Positions 53,778-64,000 of a stretch of DNA of 64,000 bases are shown here, piece after piece. The position numbers and the translations under genes are program-made. The number at the start of each line of letters is the position of its first letter. The stretch's first letter is position 1. The notes under the pieces were generated by a model. It made no database searches. It saw only the letters and a list, made by a program, of their open reading frames with translations, and had not been told where the DNA came from. Origin of the DNA: Candidatus Bathyarchaeota archaeon (GTDB taxonomy: Archaea; Thermoproteota; Bathyarchaeia; Bathyarchaeales; Bathycorpusculaceae); the NCBI GenBank assembly GCA_963806535.1, contig CAWDYC010000009.1:96001-160000 (forward strand), read 5' to 3'.

Positions 53778-54353
53778 TTATTTTTCCTGCGGTTTTTCCC
53801 ATAGCTGAAGTTTCTGTTTCTTAAGTTCAGTTCGCTTCTTCTGCAAATAATTGTAAACTGTATGATGCTCGCAGCCCTCAACAATCATCTGAACAGCGTT
53901 TCTTGCAGCATCTGCCTCTTCAAAACTGCCAATTATCCCCACAGTGTGACCGTAAACAACCACGTCAGCCTCAGTTAACTCTTCAATCAGTTTTCTTGTT
54001 TTGCCCTCTGCACCGATGATTCTGCCTTTTATACGTTTAATATCGGATTCTGAACGACCAAAAATTACCCGTAAATCTATCATATCGAAAATGTCATCTT
54101 CGTTGCGTATCAAGCGGAAGGCTGTTTCAGGCGGAAAACCTCTGCCGATTGCAGTTACAACATCTTTAGCTTTTAACAACAAAGAGGGATCCTTTGCTTT
54201 TTCTGAAAGAACAATAGTGACGCTTCCTTCAGTGTCAATTTCAAGTTTAACCTCAAGTTTCTCTTCGATATACTTCTTAACTTTACCTTCTGGACCAATA
54301 AGTATGCCAACGCGTTCTTTTGGAATTTTTACAAACATGTCTGGACGGGACAT
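53778..54353 (-). CDS. KH-domain rRNA-processing protein Dim2/Pno1
   Basis: GILIGPEGK, AIGRGF, GRIIGAEGKTR, VYGHTV. Confidence 0.92.
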   Translation of the reverse strand: MSRPDMFVKIPKERVGILIGPEGKVKKYIEEKLEVKLEIDTEGSVTIVLSEKAKDPSLLLKAKDVVTAIGRGFPPETAFRLIRNEDDIFDMIDLRVIFGRSESDIKRIKGRIIGAEGKTRKLIEELTEADVVVYGHTVGIIGSFEEADAARNAVQMIVEGCEHHTVYNYLQKKRTELKKQKLQLWEKPQEK

Positions 54354-55139
54354 TATTTACCAACAACCATTTTATGAAATTCTTCAATTGGAATAACTTT
54401 AACATTTAACCTACTAAAGAACCTATTTACGTTCGCCAAATCTCTGCGTAACATGAAATCTGCCATAGGGATGCTGGATTGAAACAGACTGGGATACATC
54501 AAAAACCACGGGTCTGCCTTTCCACATCATAATATTGTATTCGCTCAGGTCACCATGGACAATTTTGGCTTTTTGGTAGAGACGCTTGAGGTAAGTGACT
54601 AGGATTTTGTAGACTTTTTCAGGGTTATCTGGCGACTGCTCCTTCAGCGAGGGCGCACTAACCCCTTCCTTCCCAATAAACTCCATAACCACAACATTGC
54701 TTTTGACGGCTATGGGTTTTGGCACACGCACCTTTGCCGCGTAAGCTTCCCCTAAATTCCGAAACTCCTTCTGCGCCCAAACAGCAATCAATGAGCGTGT
54801 ATCATGTTTGACGTCTTTGAAGCGTGGGTCACCTTCAATGTATTTGTGCATGCCTCTTTTGAACTCGGCAGATGAGGTTAAGTAAATTTTTACTGCTAAA
54901 TCCGTGCCTTCTTTGTTTGTGGCCCAGTAAACGCGAGCTTCCTTGCCTGAACTAACAACGCCATTGAGCTCATAGAACACACCGCTGTTGAGCAAGTCAA
55001 AGACAACCATGCGTGTGGTTTGGTCAAAAACCTCTTCCACGGTTGCGCGTTCTTTTGTCATGTCGTGGATTAGCATTTTGTCTCTTCTTTCGATTCTTCT
55101 TTCGTTGTGAGCAAGGCGTTCTTGAGCTTTTCTAGACAT
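54353..55139 (-). CDS. rio1: RIO1 atypical protein kinase (frameshift near 3' end)
   Basis: SSGKEARVY, AVKIY, WAQKEFRNL, HGDLSEYN, FDVSQSV. Confidence 0.93.
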
Positions 55140-55252
55140 TCTATTCAAGCATCCTAACTGCTTCAGGGTATTTAAAACCGATCAAACAAGAAAAACCAAA
55201 AGTTGATTGTCGAAGTCAAATGATATAAAATTGAGTGTTAAGAAGTTGAAGA

Positions 55253-55558
55253 TTAAAGGGTTAAAATGCCCTTGCGTCGCAGCGTGTCAGCTTGTCCATG
55301 TGTGTAACGCCAAACGACATCGCCGCGTTTGTCAGTTTGGAAATCCCAAGGTGAAACAATAACGATGTCTCCTTCACGAATCCAAACACGCCGCTTCATT
55401 TTTCCGCGAATGCGGCATAAACGTTCAGCGCCATCCTGACATTTAACTAGGATGCGGTCGAAACCAAGCAGTTTAATAACTACGCCTAAGACTTCGCCTT
55501 GTCCAGGATAAACTAATTCGCCGATTGCGCCTTCGCTTAACACTTTTTTCTTTCCCAA
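55253..55558 (-). CDS. eif1A: Translation initiation factor aIF-1A
   Basis: RLCRIRGKMKRRVWIREGD..PWDFQ..RGDVVWRY. Confidence 0.96.
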   Translation of the reverse strand: MGKKKVLSEGAIGELVYPGQGEVLGVVIKLLGFDRILVKCQDGAERLCRIRGKMKRRVWIREGDIVIVSPWDFQTDKRGDVVWRYTHGQADTLRRKGILTL

Positions 55559-55897
55559 ACAGTAAACCTCATTCGACTTGAAAAATTAATGTTCCGCTTG
55601 CTTAAAAGCATGTTCATAAAATAAAGCGGAGATTTTGAACCTAAATCACTTTGAACTGAAAAAAGACAGCAATTGTTTGTACCTTAGCCTATTCATGGCT
55701 TTCTTTTGCAATTTAATCAGTAGATTTTCAAAAAGTTCCATTATATACGCTATGTGCAAAGTCCACCTCGCTAAATTAGCGAAGCCAAGTGTGCAAAAAT
55801 TTGATGCATTTCACTTTTTAGTGAATTTTGCTTGTCAAAAAGTTATAAGAACTTTTGAATGCTTTCTAAAAACTGAAACAAGAGGAGATTTTATTAA

Positions 55898-57247
55898 ATG
55901 ATTGTTGAAAAAGCTGAAAATCTCATCGACCATAGGGCTAAAACAAAGACAAAGCTTGCTTCGCAGGTAAATGTCGGTGATTGGAAAGACTACAGGTGGC
56001 AATTATATAATTCAATAAAAACCATTGCAGCTTTTGAAAAGTTTACAGGTATTACCTTCTCAAAAACAGAAAAAGGTGAACTTGAAAAAACAATTAGTAA
56101 ATTTCCGCTGTGCATTACACCTTACTATGCTTCTCTAATAGAGAAGGATAATTATCGGGACGACCCTATATTCAAGCAAGCTTTTCCTAATCCGGCTGAA
56201 CTTATTATTTCAGAGTGCGACATGAAAGACCCCCTTCATGAGGATATAGATAGCCCAACTAAAGGCATTACTCACCGATATCCTGACAGAGTCCTTTTTT
56301 TGGTGAGTAATCGATGCGCAATGTATTGTCGGCATTGTACAAGAAAAAGAAAGGTAGGAGACTCTGATTATATCCCGTCAAGAGAACAAATTCTTGCGGG
56401 AATTTATTACATTAGAAAAAATCGTCAGATCCGCGACGTCTTGCTTTCAGGAGGAGACCCACTCATGCTACCTGATGATTATCTAGACTGGATTCTTACA
56501 GAACTAAACAGGATTCCACATGTTCAAGTTATTCGAATAGGCTCACGAATTCCAGTTGTTCTCCCCAACAGAATAACCAAAGAACTCGTGCACATGCTAA
56601 AAAAACATCATCCTCTCTGGCTCAATACGCAATTTAATCATCCAAGAGAATTCACGCCAGCCTCACAAGAAGCACTGCGAAGGCTAGCAGATGCAGGCAT
56701 ACCGCTAGGAAACCAATCAGTCCTGCTGGCAGGTGTAAACGATTGCCCACACATCATGAAAAAACTCAACCAAAAACTCGTGGAAAACAGAGTACGTCCA
56801 TACTACTTGTTCCAATGCGACCTTTCAGAAGGCCTCTCACATTTTCGAACCCCAATTGGAAAAGGTATTGAAATAATGGAAAATCTTATAGGACATACAA
56901 GTGGCTTCGCAGTTCCTCGTTATGTGGTCGATGCACCAGGAGGGGGAGGAAAAATTCCTATTATGCCAAACTACATTATATCTTGGAACACAAACAAAGT
57001 GGTTTTGAGAAATTACGAAGGTGTCATCACCACATACAAGGAACCTGACAACTACTCAACCATCTCCTGCAGCAAAAACTGCAACAAATGTGCTTTGCAA
57101 TCAAACTTAGAAGGGGAAGAAGAAATCGCGACGGGGGTTGCAAAGTTGTTAACTGAAGACAATAGAACAATATCACTTGTACCGGAAGGAAATCTCAGAT
57201 TGAAAAGAAGAGAGAAAAAACAAGTCATGGGGTACATAAATGCTTAA
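55898..57247 (+). CDS. ablA: Lysine 2,3-aminomutase (KamA/AblA)
   Basis: [44 protein letters not shown] (PLP Lys), C-terminal Cys cluster. Confidence 0.93.
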   Translation: MIVEKAENLIDHRAKTKTKLASQVNVGDWKDYRWQLYNSIKTIAAFEKFTGITFSKTEKGELEKTISKFPLCITPYYASLIEKDNYRDDPIFKQAFPNPAELIISECDMKDPLHEDIDSPTKGITHRYPDRVLFLVSNRCAMYCRHCTRKRKVGDSDYIPSREQILAGIYYIRKNRQIRDVLLSGGDPLMLPDDYLDWILTELNRIPHVQVIRIGSRIPVVLPNRITKELVHMLKKHHPLWLNTQFNHPREFTPASQEALRRLADAGIPLGNQSVLLAGVNDCPHIMKKLNQKLVENRVRPYYLFQCDLSEGLSHFRTPIGKGIEIMENLIGHTSGFAVPRYVVDAPGGGGKIPIMPNYIISWNTNKVVLRNYEGVITTYKEPDNYSTISCSKNCNKCALQSNLEGEEEIATGVAKLLTEDNRTISLVPEGNLRLKRREKKQVMGYINA

Positions 57248-57872
57248 AAGTCCAAGCCATCTCGAATTTAATATTCGAAACGTAACTTTGGAAGATATAA
57301 GCGAAGTGTACAAGTTACTCACCGCAAATAAACCATACGTGGGATTAAATTCCAGATACACCTATTTTCTTTTGGCTAAAGACTTCTCAGACACTTGCGT
57401 AGTTGCAGAACACAAAGGCAAAATTGTCGCATTTTCTTCAGGATATATCTCACCAACTAAGAAAGATACTTTTTTTAGTTGGGAAGCGGTAGTTCACGAA
57501 AATTACCGAGGAAATAATCTTCAAAAACATATGCTTGTTTGGCAATTAAGAATAACTGGAGCCAAATATTTTGAAGGCACAGTAAACCCTTCCAATGAGG
57601 CATCGAAAAGAAGTTTTCGTGGGTTAGCTCAGTTGCTTGAAACGAAATGTGAAGAACGATTATTGTTTGGTGAGGATGATTTTGAGAATGATGGTCACGA
57701 AGCAGAGATTTTATACCGGGTCGGCCCGATTTCGCCTGAAAAGCTATTGAGGAATTTGCGGTCTGTGGAAGGCAGAATCAGTGAAAGATTTGAAAGAGTT
57801 TTCAGTACCACTGACAGCAATAAAAAAGCGTCAAGAACTCTTGAAGATTTGTCGTGTAATTTGCCGAGTTGA
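57240..57872 (+). CDS. EctA-like (diaminobutyrate acetyltransferase family) GNAT acetyltransferase
   Basis: NSRYTY.L...[46 protein letters not shown] match the EctA pattern. Confidence 0.8.
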   Translation: MLKSPSHLEFNIRNVTLEDISEVYKLLTANKPYVGLNSRYTYFLLAKDFSDTCVVAEHKGKIVAFSSGYISPTKKDTFFSWEAVVHENYRGNNLQKHMLVWQLRITGAKYFEGTVNPSNEASKRSFRGLAQLLETKCEERLLFGEDDFENDGHEAEILYRVGPISPEKLLRNLRSVEGRISERFERVFSTTDSNKKASRTLEDLSCNLPS

Positions 57873-58027
57873 ATTGAAAAAGATACAAAATCTGACTTAG
57901 CGAAAATTATTCTTTTTGACTCTCAGATTAACCGCCATTTTTTTCTTTTACAATGTTCTTGTTCGCAGGGTTCAATGTAAGTTTAAATGTTAACACCGGA
58001 TAATCATTTTAATGGTGCATACGTCAA

Positions 58028-58843
58028 GTGTCGTACGTCTTTAACATACCATACCGAAACAACGCCAAACTCAAGCAGGTAATGGAACGAATAAAAGAAG
58101 ATAAGAAATTGCAGACTTATTGGAAATGTGCAAACGTAATGGCAATAGAACGAATGGGCTACACCGACCATGGTCCAACACATGTCAAAATCGTATCTAA
58201 CATTGCATTGAGACTTTTGCGCATTCTAATCGAAAAAAAACTCATAACACCTAGTATAGTTGAAAATTATAAGATGCAAAATGACGATGCCGAAGTCGTT
58301 GTTGTTTTAGGCGCAATCTTCCATGATTTAGGCATGATTGTTCAACGATATAATCACGAAAAATACAGTGCAACTTTGGCTTTAGAATTTCTCGAAAAGT
58401 GTTTAACGCCAACATACAATGAGGAGCAACAGGCAATAATCACATCAGAGGTTCTGCATGCCATCGTGTCCCATGAGCAACACCCAAGCAATGAACCAAA
58501 CCATAAAATACTGACAAAAGAAGCAGGAATTGTTGGTATTGCAGATGCCTTGGACATGGAAGCGGGAAGAGCACGAATACCCTTCCAAGCTGGCAAAGTA
58601 GACATACACGCTGTATCAGCACTCTCTATTGAGAAAGTTGAAGTTGAATGCGTTGAAAATATCAAGAACGGAGAAAAACCAATCAACATAAAAATAAAAA
58701 TGTCCAACTCCGCAGGCGTATTTCAAATCGACGAACTTCTTAAACCAAGAATTGTTAATTCAGGGCTGGAACAGTTCTTCCATGTAATCGCAGAAATCAC
58801 GGGTGAAAAAGAAAACAGGATCATAGAAAAATTCGAAATTTAG
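58028..58843 (+). CDS. HD-domain phosphohydrolase
   Basis: DHGPTH, FHDLG, SHE, ADALDM. Confidence 0.88.
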   Translation: MSYVFNIPYRNNAKLKQVMERIKEDKKLQTYWKCANVMAIERMGYTDHGPTHVKIVSNIALRLLRILIEKKLITPSIVENYKMQNDDAEVVVVLGAIFHDLGMIVQRYNHEKYSATLALEFLEKCLTPTYNEEQQAIITSEVLHAIVSHEQHPSNEPNHKILTKEAGIVGIADALDMEAGRARIPFQAGKVDIHAVSALSIEKVEVECVENIKNGEKPINIKIKMSNSAGVFQIDELLKPRIVNSGLEQFFHVIAEITGEKENRIIEKFEI

Positions 58844-58863
58844 ATTTTCGAGGCAACCAACAA

Positions 58864-60593
58864 TTGATTCATAATTATGATGTCGTAGTTGTTGGCGGCG
58901 GAATCGCAGGATTATACACTGCTTTAACCGCAGCTGAAAAATGCAAAGTTGCCGTCGTCAGCAAAGTGCATGTTACACGTTCTCACTCAGTTGCTGCACA
59001 AGGTGGAATAGCTGCTAGCCTTGGAAACGAGGAAGAGGACCATTGGGAATGGCATATGTATGATACGGTTAAAGGCAGCGATTACCTCGCTGATCAAGAA
59101 GCAGTGGAAATTTTAGCTAAAGAAGCACCAAACACTATTGCCGCTCTCGAACACATGGGTGTACCCTTTACTCGAAACGTACAAGGCAAAATTGAGCAGC
59201 GCCGATTCGGAGGACACACAAGCCACTATGGAGCAAAAGCCAGTAAAACGGGCATGCTACGTTTCTGATCGCACAGGCAGAGCAATAATGGATACGCTCT
59301 ATGACCTTTGCCAAACTAAAGGAATAGACTTTTACAATGAATTTTTTATTTTGAAGCTGCTGTTTTCGAGGTGAACATTGCTGTGGAGCCGCTGGCTACG
59401 ATATTGCCAGTTGTGAACCGCATGTTTTCCATGCAAAATCAATTGTATTGGCGACTGGCGGAAGCGGCAAAATCTATAAAACTACATCAAACGGGTTTGC
59501 TTCAACAGCCGACGGATTCGCATTAGCTATGGATTCACTTATTCCTCTTGAGGATATGGAGTTTGTCCAGTTTCATCCAACTGGCATTTACGGCCTGGGA
59601 ATTCTTGTAAGTGAAGCAGCTCGTGCTGAAGGCGGAGTATTACGAAACGGCAAAGGTGAGCGTTTTATGGAACGTTATGCGCCCATTTTGAAGGATCTAG
59701 CTCCACGAGACATTATTTCAAGGGCAATATTAACTGAGATAAATGAAGGAAGAGGCGTAGAGGGCAAGGACTACGTTCATCTTGACTTGACACATAATCG
59801 ACAAAACAAAATTAATAGAAAAGCTACCTGAAATCTCATCTTTCGTTCAAACATACTTGGGTATTGATCCAAGTGAAACGCCTAGTTCCTGTGGCTCCTA
59901 CATGCCATTACATGATGGGCGGGATCCCCACTGATTCTGATGGCCGTGTTTTGGCGAATGAAACTGGCGCCGTTTTGCCAGGTCTTTTTGCGGTTGGTGA
60001 ATGCGCATGTGTCAGTGTTCATGGAGCAAATCGTTTGGGTTGTAACTCTCTTATTGATCTAGTAGTTTTTGGACGCAGGGCAGGCATTAGCGCTTGCCAC
60101 ACATGCCAAAGAAAAAGATTTGCCACTTCTTCCCCAGCAAGCCGAAAGCATTGTGGTTGACAGGATTAGCAATTTACTTAGTTCTTCTGGAAATGAGCAT
60201 GTGCCAGTTTTGCGGGAAGCTATGCAGCGTCTGATGACCGAGAAATGCAGCGTCTTTAGAAATGGCGATTTGCTTGAAGAGGCGCGAAACGAAATTTGCC
60301 AAATTGAAAAACGCTATCTGAATGTTGGCATACGTAATAAAAGCAAGATATTCAACTATGAGCTGCAAGAAGCATTTGAACTATGCAACATGCTAAAAAC
60401 AGCAAAAGCAATCGTTTTTTCAGCCCTTCAAAGAAAGGAAAGCCGTGGTGCTCATTACCGCAGCGATTTTCCTGAAAGAAATGATGAAAAGGGTTTGAGG
60501 CACGCACTGGTCCTTTTAACGCCAGAAGGGCTTAAAACCACTTACAAACCCGTGTCCATTACTCGTTTCACCCCTGAAAAACGGAGGTACTAA
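58864..60593 (+). CDS. sdhA: Succinate dehydrogenase/fumarate reductase flavoprotein (frameshifted into 5 ORFs)
   Basis: [48 protein letters not shown]. Confidence 0.93.
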
Positions 60594-60594
60594 C

Positions 60595-61320
60595 ATGAAA
60601 GTCACATTGAAAATTTATCGCTTCAACCCTGAAGTCGACAACGAATCTCACTTTGACATTTTCACTATTGATGCAAACCCAAACGACCGAATCCTTGATT
60701 GCCTAAACAAAATTAGGTGGGAACAAGACAGCAGCTTAACCTACAGAATGTCTTGCGCCCATGGAATATGCGGTTCTGATGCAGTAAACATTAACGGGAT
60801 ACCTTCCTTAGCCTGCCAAAAACTAATCGAAGACTTCAACCCCGCGAAGGAAATATTGATTGAACCCCTAAAATTTTTTCCAACAATAAAAGACTTAACA
60901 GTTGATATGGAGCCTTTTTTCCAAAGAATAAGAGCGATTAACCCAAAGCCGTCTTCAGCTTCGCCCGTTGACTCCGTGAATAATGAGAGACTGCAAAACA
61001 TAGAAGAGCGAAACAGAATCGACGATGCCGTCAAATGCATACTTTGCGGTTGCTGCGTTGCCGCTTGCCCAGTTATCCTAGAGCAAGAACCAAGATTTAT
61101 CGGCCCAGCAGCCATCTTGAGAGCACAAAAATACATATTTGATTCCCGAAGAACTGATACAACCGAACGCATGAATGTTATGGAGAAGCCTTACGGAATT
61201 TGGGGTTGCAAAAGCTACTATATGTGCACAGTTGTGTGTCCAAAGAAAATTAAAGTAACCGAGCAGATAATAAAGACCAAGAAGAAAATCATTCAGGAAC
61301 TTCATCCTAAAAGTAAGTAG
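60595..61320 (+). CDS. sdhB: Succinate dehydrogenase/fumarate reductase iron-sulfur subunit
   Basis: SCAHGICGSD...LAC, CILCGCCVAACP, CKSYYMCTVVCP. Confidence 0.93.
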   Translation: MKVTLKIYRFNPEVDNESHFDIFTIDANPNDRILDCLNKIRWEQDSSLTYRMSCAHGICGSDAVNINGIPSLACQKLIEDFNPAKEILIEPLKFFPTIKDLTVDMEPFFQRIRAINPKPSSASPVDSVNNERLQNIEERNRIDDAVKCILCGCCVAACPVILEQEPRFIGPAAILRAQKYIFDSRRTDTTERMNVMEKPYGIWGCKSYYMCTVVCPKKIKVTEQIIKTKKKIIQELHPKSK

Positions 61321-61338
61321 CGAGATGCAAAAAGAAAA

Positions 61339-62724
61339 ATGGAAACCCGCAAAGAAGCCGACCCGTTAGGCGAGAGATTAATCCCTAATGAAGCCTACTA
61401 TGGAATTCAAACACTTCGGGCAATAGAAAATTTTCCTGTCAGCGGCGTAAAAGCGCCCTTGCCTTTCATTAAAGCTTATGTTCTTACAAAAAAGGCTGCT
61501 GCAATAGCCAACATTCGGGTAGGTTGGCTTGAAGAAGAAAAAGCAAAAGGCATAATTGAGGCTTGTGACGAAATTTTAGCGGGCAAACTGCTTGACCAGT
61601 TTAAGGTTGATGTTTTTCAAGCGGGTGCTGGCACTTCTTTTAACATGAACGTTAATGAAGTTTTAGCGAATAGAGCTCTAGAAATTTTGGGTAAAAAGAA
61701 AGGTGACTACAAAACTATTAGCCCCAACGACCATGTGAATATGGGACAATCGACCAACGATACGTTTCCAACAGCACTTCATGTTTCGGTTCTTATGTCT
61801 TTGCAGCCGTTACTAGTTTCGCTCGATGAGTTGGCAGATGCGTTTAACGAGCTTGGCAAAAAATATGGTCATATATTAAAGTCAGGCAGAACGCACTTGC
61901 AAGACGCAGTGCCAGTTACTATAGGCCAAGAATTCACCGCTTATGGTTCAGCAATCGCAAATGCCTCCGCCGAGCTACGAAAAAGACAGGAAAACCTGTA
62001 CACTGTCGCTTTAGGAGGCACCGCAGTTGGAACAGGAGCAAACGCGCACCCTGATTACAAACGTTTAGCAATAGCAGAGTTGGCGAACCTAACAGGTTTT
62101 GCTCTCACGCCAGCAGCAAACAATTTCGAAGCTCTGCAAAGCCATAGAGCAACCCAAACCGTTTCAAGTGGTCTTAAAGAATTAGCCTTGGAACTTATCC
62201 GTATCTCTAATGATCTGCGTCTACTGGCATCAGGTCCCACAACTGGATTAAACGAGATTGCCCTCCCGCCTGTTCAGCCTGGCTCATCTATTATGCCTGG
62301 AAAAGTGAATCCAGTGATGGCTGAATGTTTAGACATGGTAGCGTACCAAGTTGTTGGTAACGATTTGGCGACATCTTTAGCTGTTCAAGCAGGACAAATT
62401 GATCTAAATGTTATGACGCCAACCATCATGTACAATGTGCTTTTCTCAATTCAAATCTTAAGCAACTACATTCCAGCTTTTACCAGCAAATGTATCAGGG
62501 GCATAACTGTCAATGTGACAGAATGTAACCATTACTTAGAAAAGAATCCGGCATTAGCCACGTTGCTTTCACCCTACATTGGCTATTTGGAAGCCGCAAA
62601 AATCGCAAAACAAGCCCAAGTTGAAAACCGCTCCGTAAAAGAAATAGCGCTAGAAAAGAAACTGCTTAAGCAAGATGAAATCGAGAAGATATTTAGTCGC
62701 AAAAACTTGCTTAACGAACAATAA
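61339..62724 (+). CDS. Aspartate ammonia-lyase / class II fumarase
   Basis: YYGIQTLRA, GAGTSFNMN, QSTND, GRTHLQDA, GSSIMPGKVNP. Confidence 0.9.
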   Translation: METRKEADPLGERLIPNEAYYGIQTLRAIENFPVSGVKAPLPFIKAYVLTKKAAAIANIRVGWLEEEKAKGIIEACDEILAGKLLDQFKVDVFQAGAGTSFNMNVNEVLANRALEILGKKKGDYKTISPNDHVNMGQSTNDTFPTALHVSVLMSLQPLLVSLDELADAFNELGKKYGHILKSGRTHLQDAVPVTIGQEFTAYGSAIANASAELRKRQENLYTVALGGTAVGTGANAHPDYKRLAIAELANLTGFALTPAANNFEALQSHRATQTVSSGLKELALELIRISNDLRLLASGPTTGLNEIALPPVQPGSSIMPGKVNPVMAECLDMVAYQVVGNDLATSLAVQAGQIDLNVMTPTIMYNVLFSIQILSNYIPAFTSKCIRGITVNVTECNHYLEKNPALATLLSPYIGYLEAAKIAKQAQVENRSVKEIALEKKLLKQDEIEKIFSRKNLLNEQ

Positions 62725-62821
62725 TTGAGTCAACGTAAACCATTCGATCTATTTGCAATCTAAAAAACGTCTATTCTCTTAATTTAATTGACATTAACAT
62801 TTGGCAATCAGAAGCTTGAAG

Positions 62822-63988
62822 TTATCCTGCTGTGCCGTAGCCGCTAACAGAAACAACAGCGTTTGTCGAACTTGAACTTGATTGAGCATCGACCACGATT
62901 GCCCATATTAAATCTTGGGAAGGATACAGTTGCATCATATCATCATTTGATAACCAAATTGCGCTGTTGTTGGTGAAGGTTTTGGTAACGCTATTTGAGA
63001 TTACGTTGTCAGCAAATTGTAAACGAATTCTCACTGTTATCGTTTCGTTGTTTGCAAAATTGCTTGTTACTTGAATTTTGGGTGTGAAAGTGAAGATTCT
63101 AAGAGGAAAGGTTTCGACAGTCAAATTAGCTCCATACTGATTGTTGACTCCTACAGGAACATTCTCGTTTTGTCTTTCAAAAGCACTTCCAACTCCAGAA
63201 ATCCAATTACCATATGGGCTATGAATCATAGCAGTCCAGTTACCCAAAAAGCTAACGCCACTATCCAATATCGGAGAATATTTTGCGGTTTGCCCAATAT
63301 CAATGGCGAACATGCTGTCAGGTTGATCGGTGAACGATTCGAAAACCACTCCGACTAACAAGGATTGAGTCATGGTGCCGCCAAGGAAAAGTCCAGTTTG
63401 ATTAGTTACCCCATCTTGACCCATCCACATTCGGACATCTTGCATCTGGCTGTCTGAAAACTCAGCCAACGTCTCAACGTTCACACCTATGCTGTTATCT
63501 CTTAGGTTAAAGAAGCAACGGTCAATTTGTGAACTTGCGTATGACCCCGTCGCATTGCCATTTGGCGTTCGAAATGCAATGCCTTCGGTTGCATTAATGA
63601 AGTAGCAATCTTCAATTTTGGTGTTTTCACTCCATGATTTAGTGTTGGCCAACTCTAGTCCAGTCGTGGTGTTTTCGAAGATTATGTTGGATATTGTTGT
63701 TCCAAAAGAGTTTTCGATTCGTATAGTTCCATTAATTATAGTTAAACCTGAAATTACTGCGTATTCTGAAGAGGTATAGTTATCTCCGCTTAAGATTATT
63801 TTGTGACCATTGCCAACTATTGTTGCCTCTTCGCCGATAATTTTAGCATTTATCTTATTTGAAACTAAAATGTCTTGATCTAAAAAGTAAGTTCCACGAT
63901 TGAGATAAACTGATTTGCCTTGAGTTAACGCTATGTTAATCGCGGATGAGGCGCCTGATGAGACACTGGCTGAGTATCCTGTTATCAT
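62822..63988 (-). CDS. Hypothetical beta-helix (pectin lyase-like) protein, probably extends beyond window
   Basis: AINIAL..GKSVYLNRGTYFL beta-helix cap, Asn/Ile-rich repeats. Confidence 0.6.
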   Translation of the reverse strand: MITGYSASVSSGASSAINIALTQGKSVYLNRGTYFLDQDILVSNKINAKIIGEEATIVGNGHKIILSGDNYTSSEYAVISGLTIINGTIRIENSFGTTISNIIFENTTTGLELANTKSWSENTKIEDCYFINATEGIAFRTPNGNATGSYASSQIDRCFFNLRDNSIGVNVETLAEFSDSQMQDVRMWMGQDGVTNQTGLFLGGTMTQSLLVGVVFESFTDQPDSMFAIDIGQTAKYSPILDSGVSFLGNWTAMIHSPYGNWISGVGSAFERQNENVPVGVNNQYGANLTVETFPLRIFTFTPKIQVTSNFANNETITVRIRLQFADNVISNSVTKTFTNNSAIWLSNDDMMQLYPSQDLIWAIVVDAQSSSSSTNAVVSVSGYGTAG

Positions 63989-64000
63989 ATTTTTTAATTG

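Noticed and set aside
55635-55901. 88-aa ORF upstream of ablA, and the many antisense ORFs in the track
   Set aside because: No recognisable motifs; they overlap promoters or well-supported genes on the opposite strand.
57240-57872. Ectoine biosynthesis cluster
   Set aside because: No ectB, ectC or aspartokinase adjacent; the gene is coupled to a lysine aminomutase.
903-60593. Many split genes (htrA-like, rpl15e, rnp3, porA, glmM, pilus ATPase, rio1, sdhA and others) suggesting pseudogenes or programmed frameshifting
   Set aside because: They affect essential genes, motifs are intact on both sides and no shared slippery site is evident. Sequencing indels are the simplest explanation; read polishing would confirm.

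Overview
Archaeal chromosomal segment. Gene content and order (archaeosine tRNA-guanine transglycosylase, eL15-eL13-Rpp30-Pop5, aIF1A-RIO1-Dim2, four-subunit POR, archaeal type IV pilus genes) point to a TACK archaeon, most likely Bathyarchaeia (inference). About 20 genes, including essential ones, are split by single-base frameshifts, best explained as uncorrected long-read errors. Most of the window is housekeeping. One tRNA-Asn(GTT) is present; I saw no CRISPR array, rRNA, transposase or integrase. Most notable: (1) a lysine 2,3-aminomutase coupled to an EctA-family acetyltransferase instead of the usual AblB, a candidate alternative osmolyte route; (2) an accessory island at ~6.7-9.05 kb with an unannotated 58-aa C4C4 RING-like gene bracketed by 29-bp direct repeats, next to a deoxyribosyltransferase-like gene; (3) a type IV pilus locus in which three pilin-like genes lack a class III leader; (4) a ~215-nt structured intergenic element after dim2; (5) a seven-unit GTC array with exact 10-bp period; (6) a structured eL15 leader.
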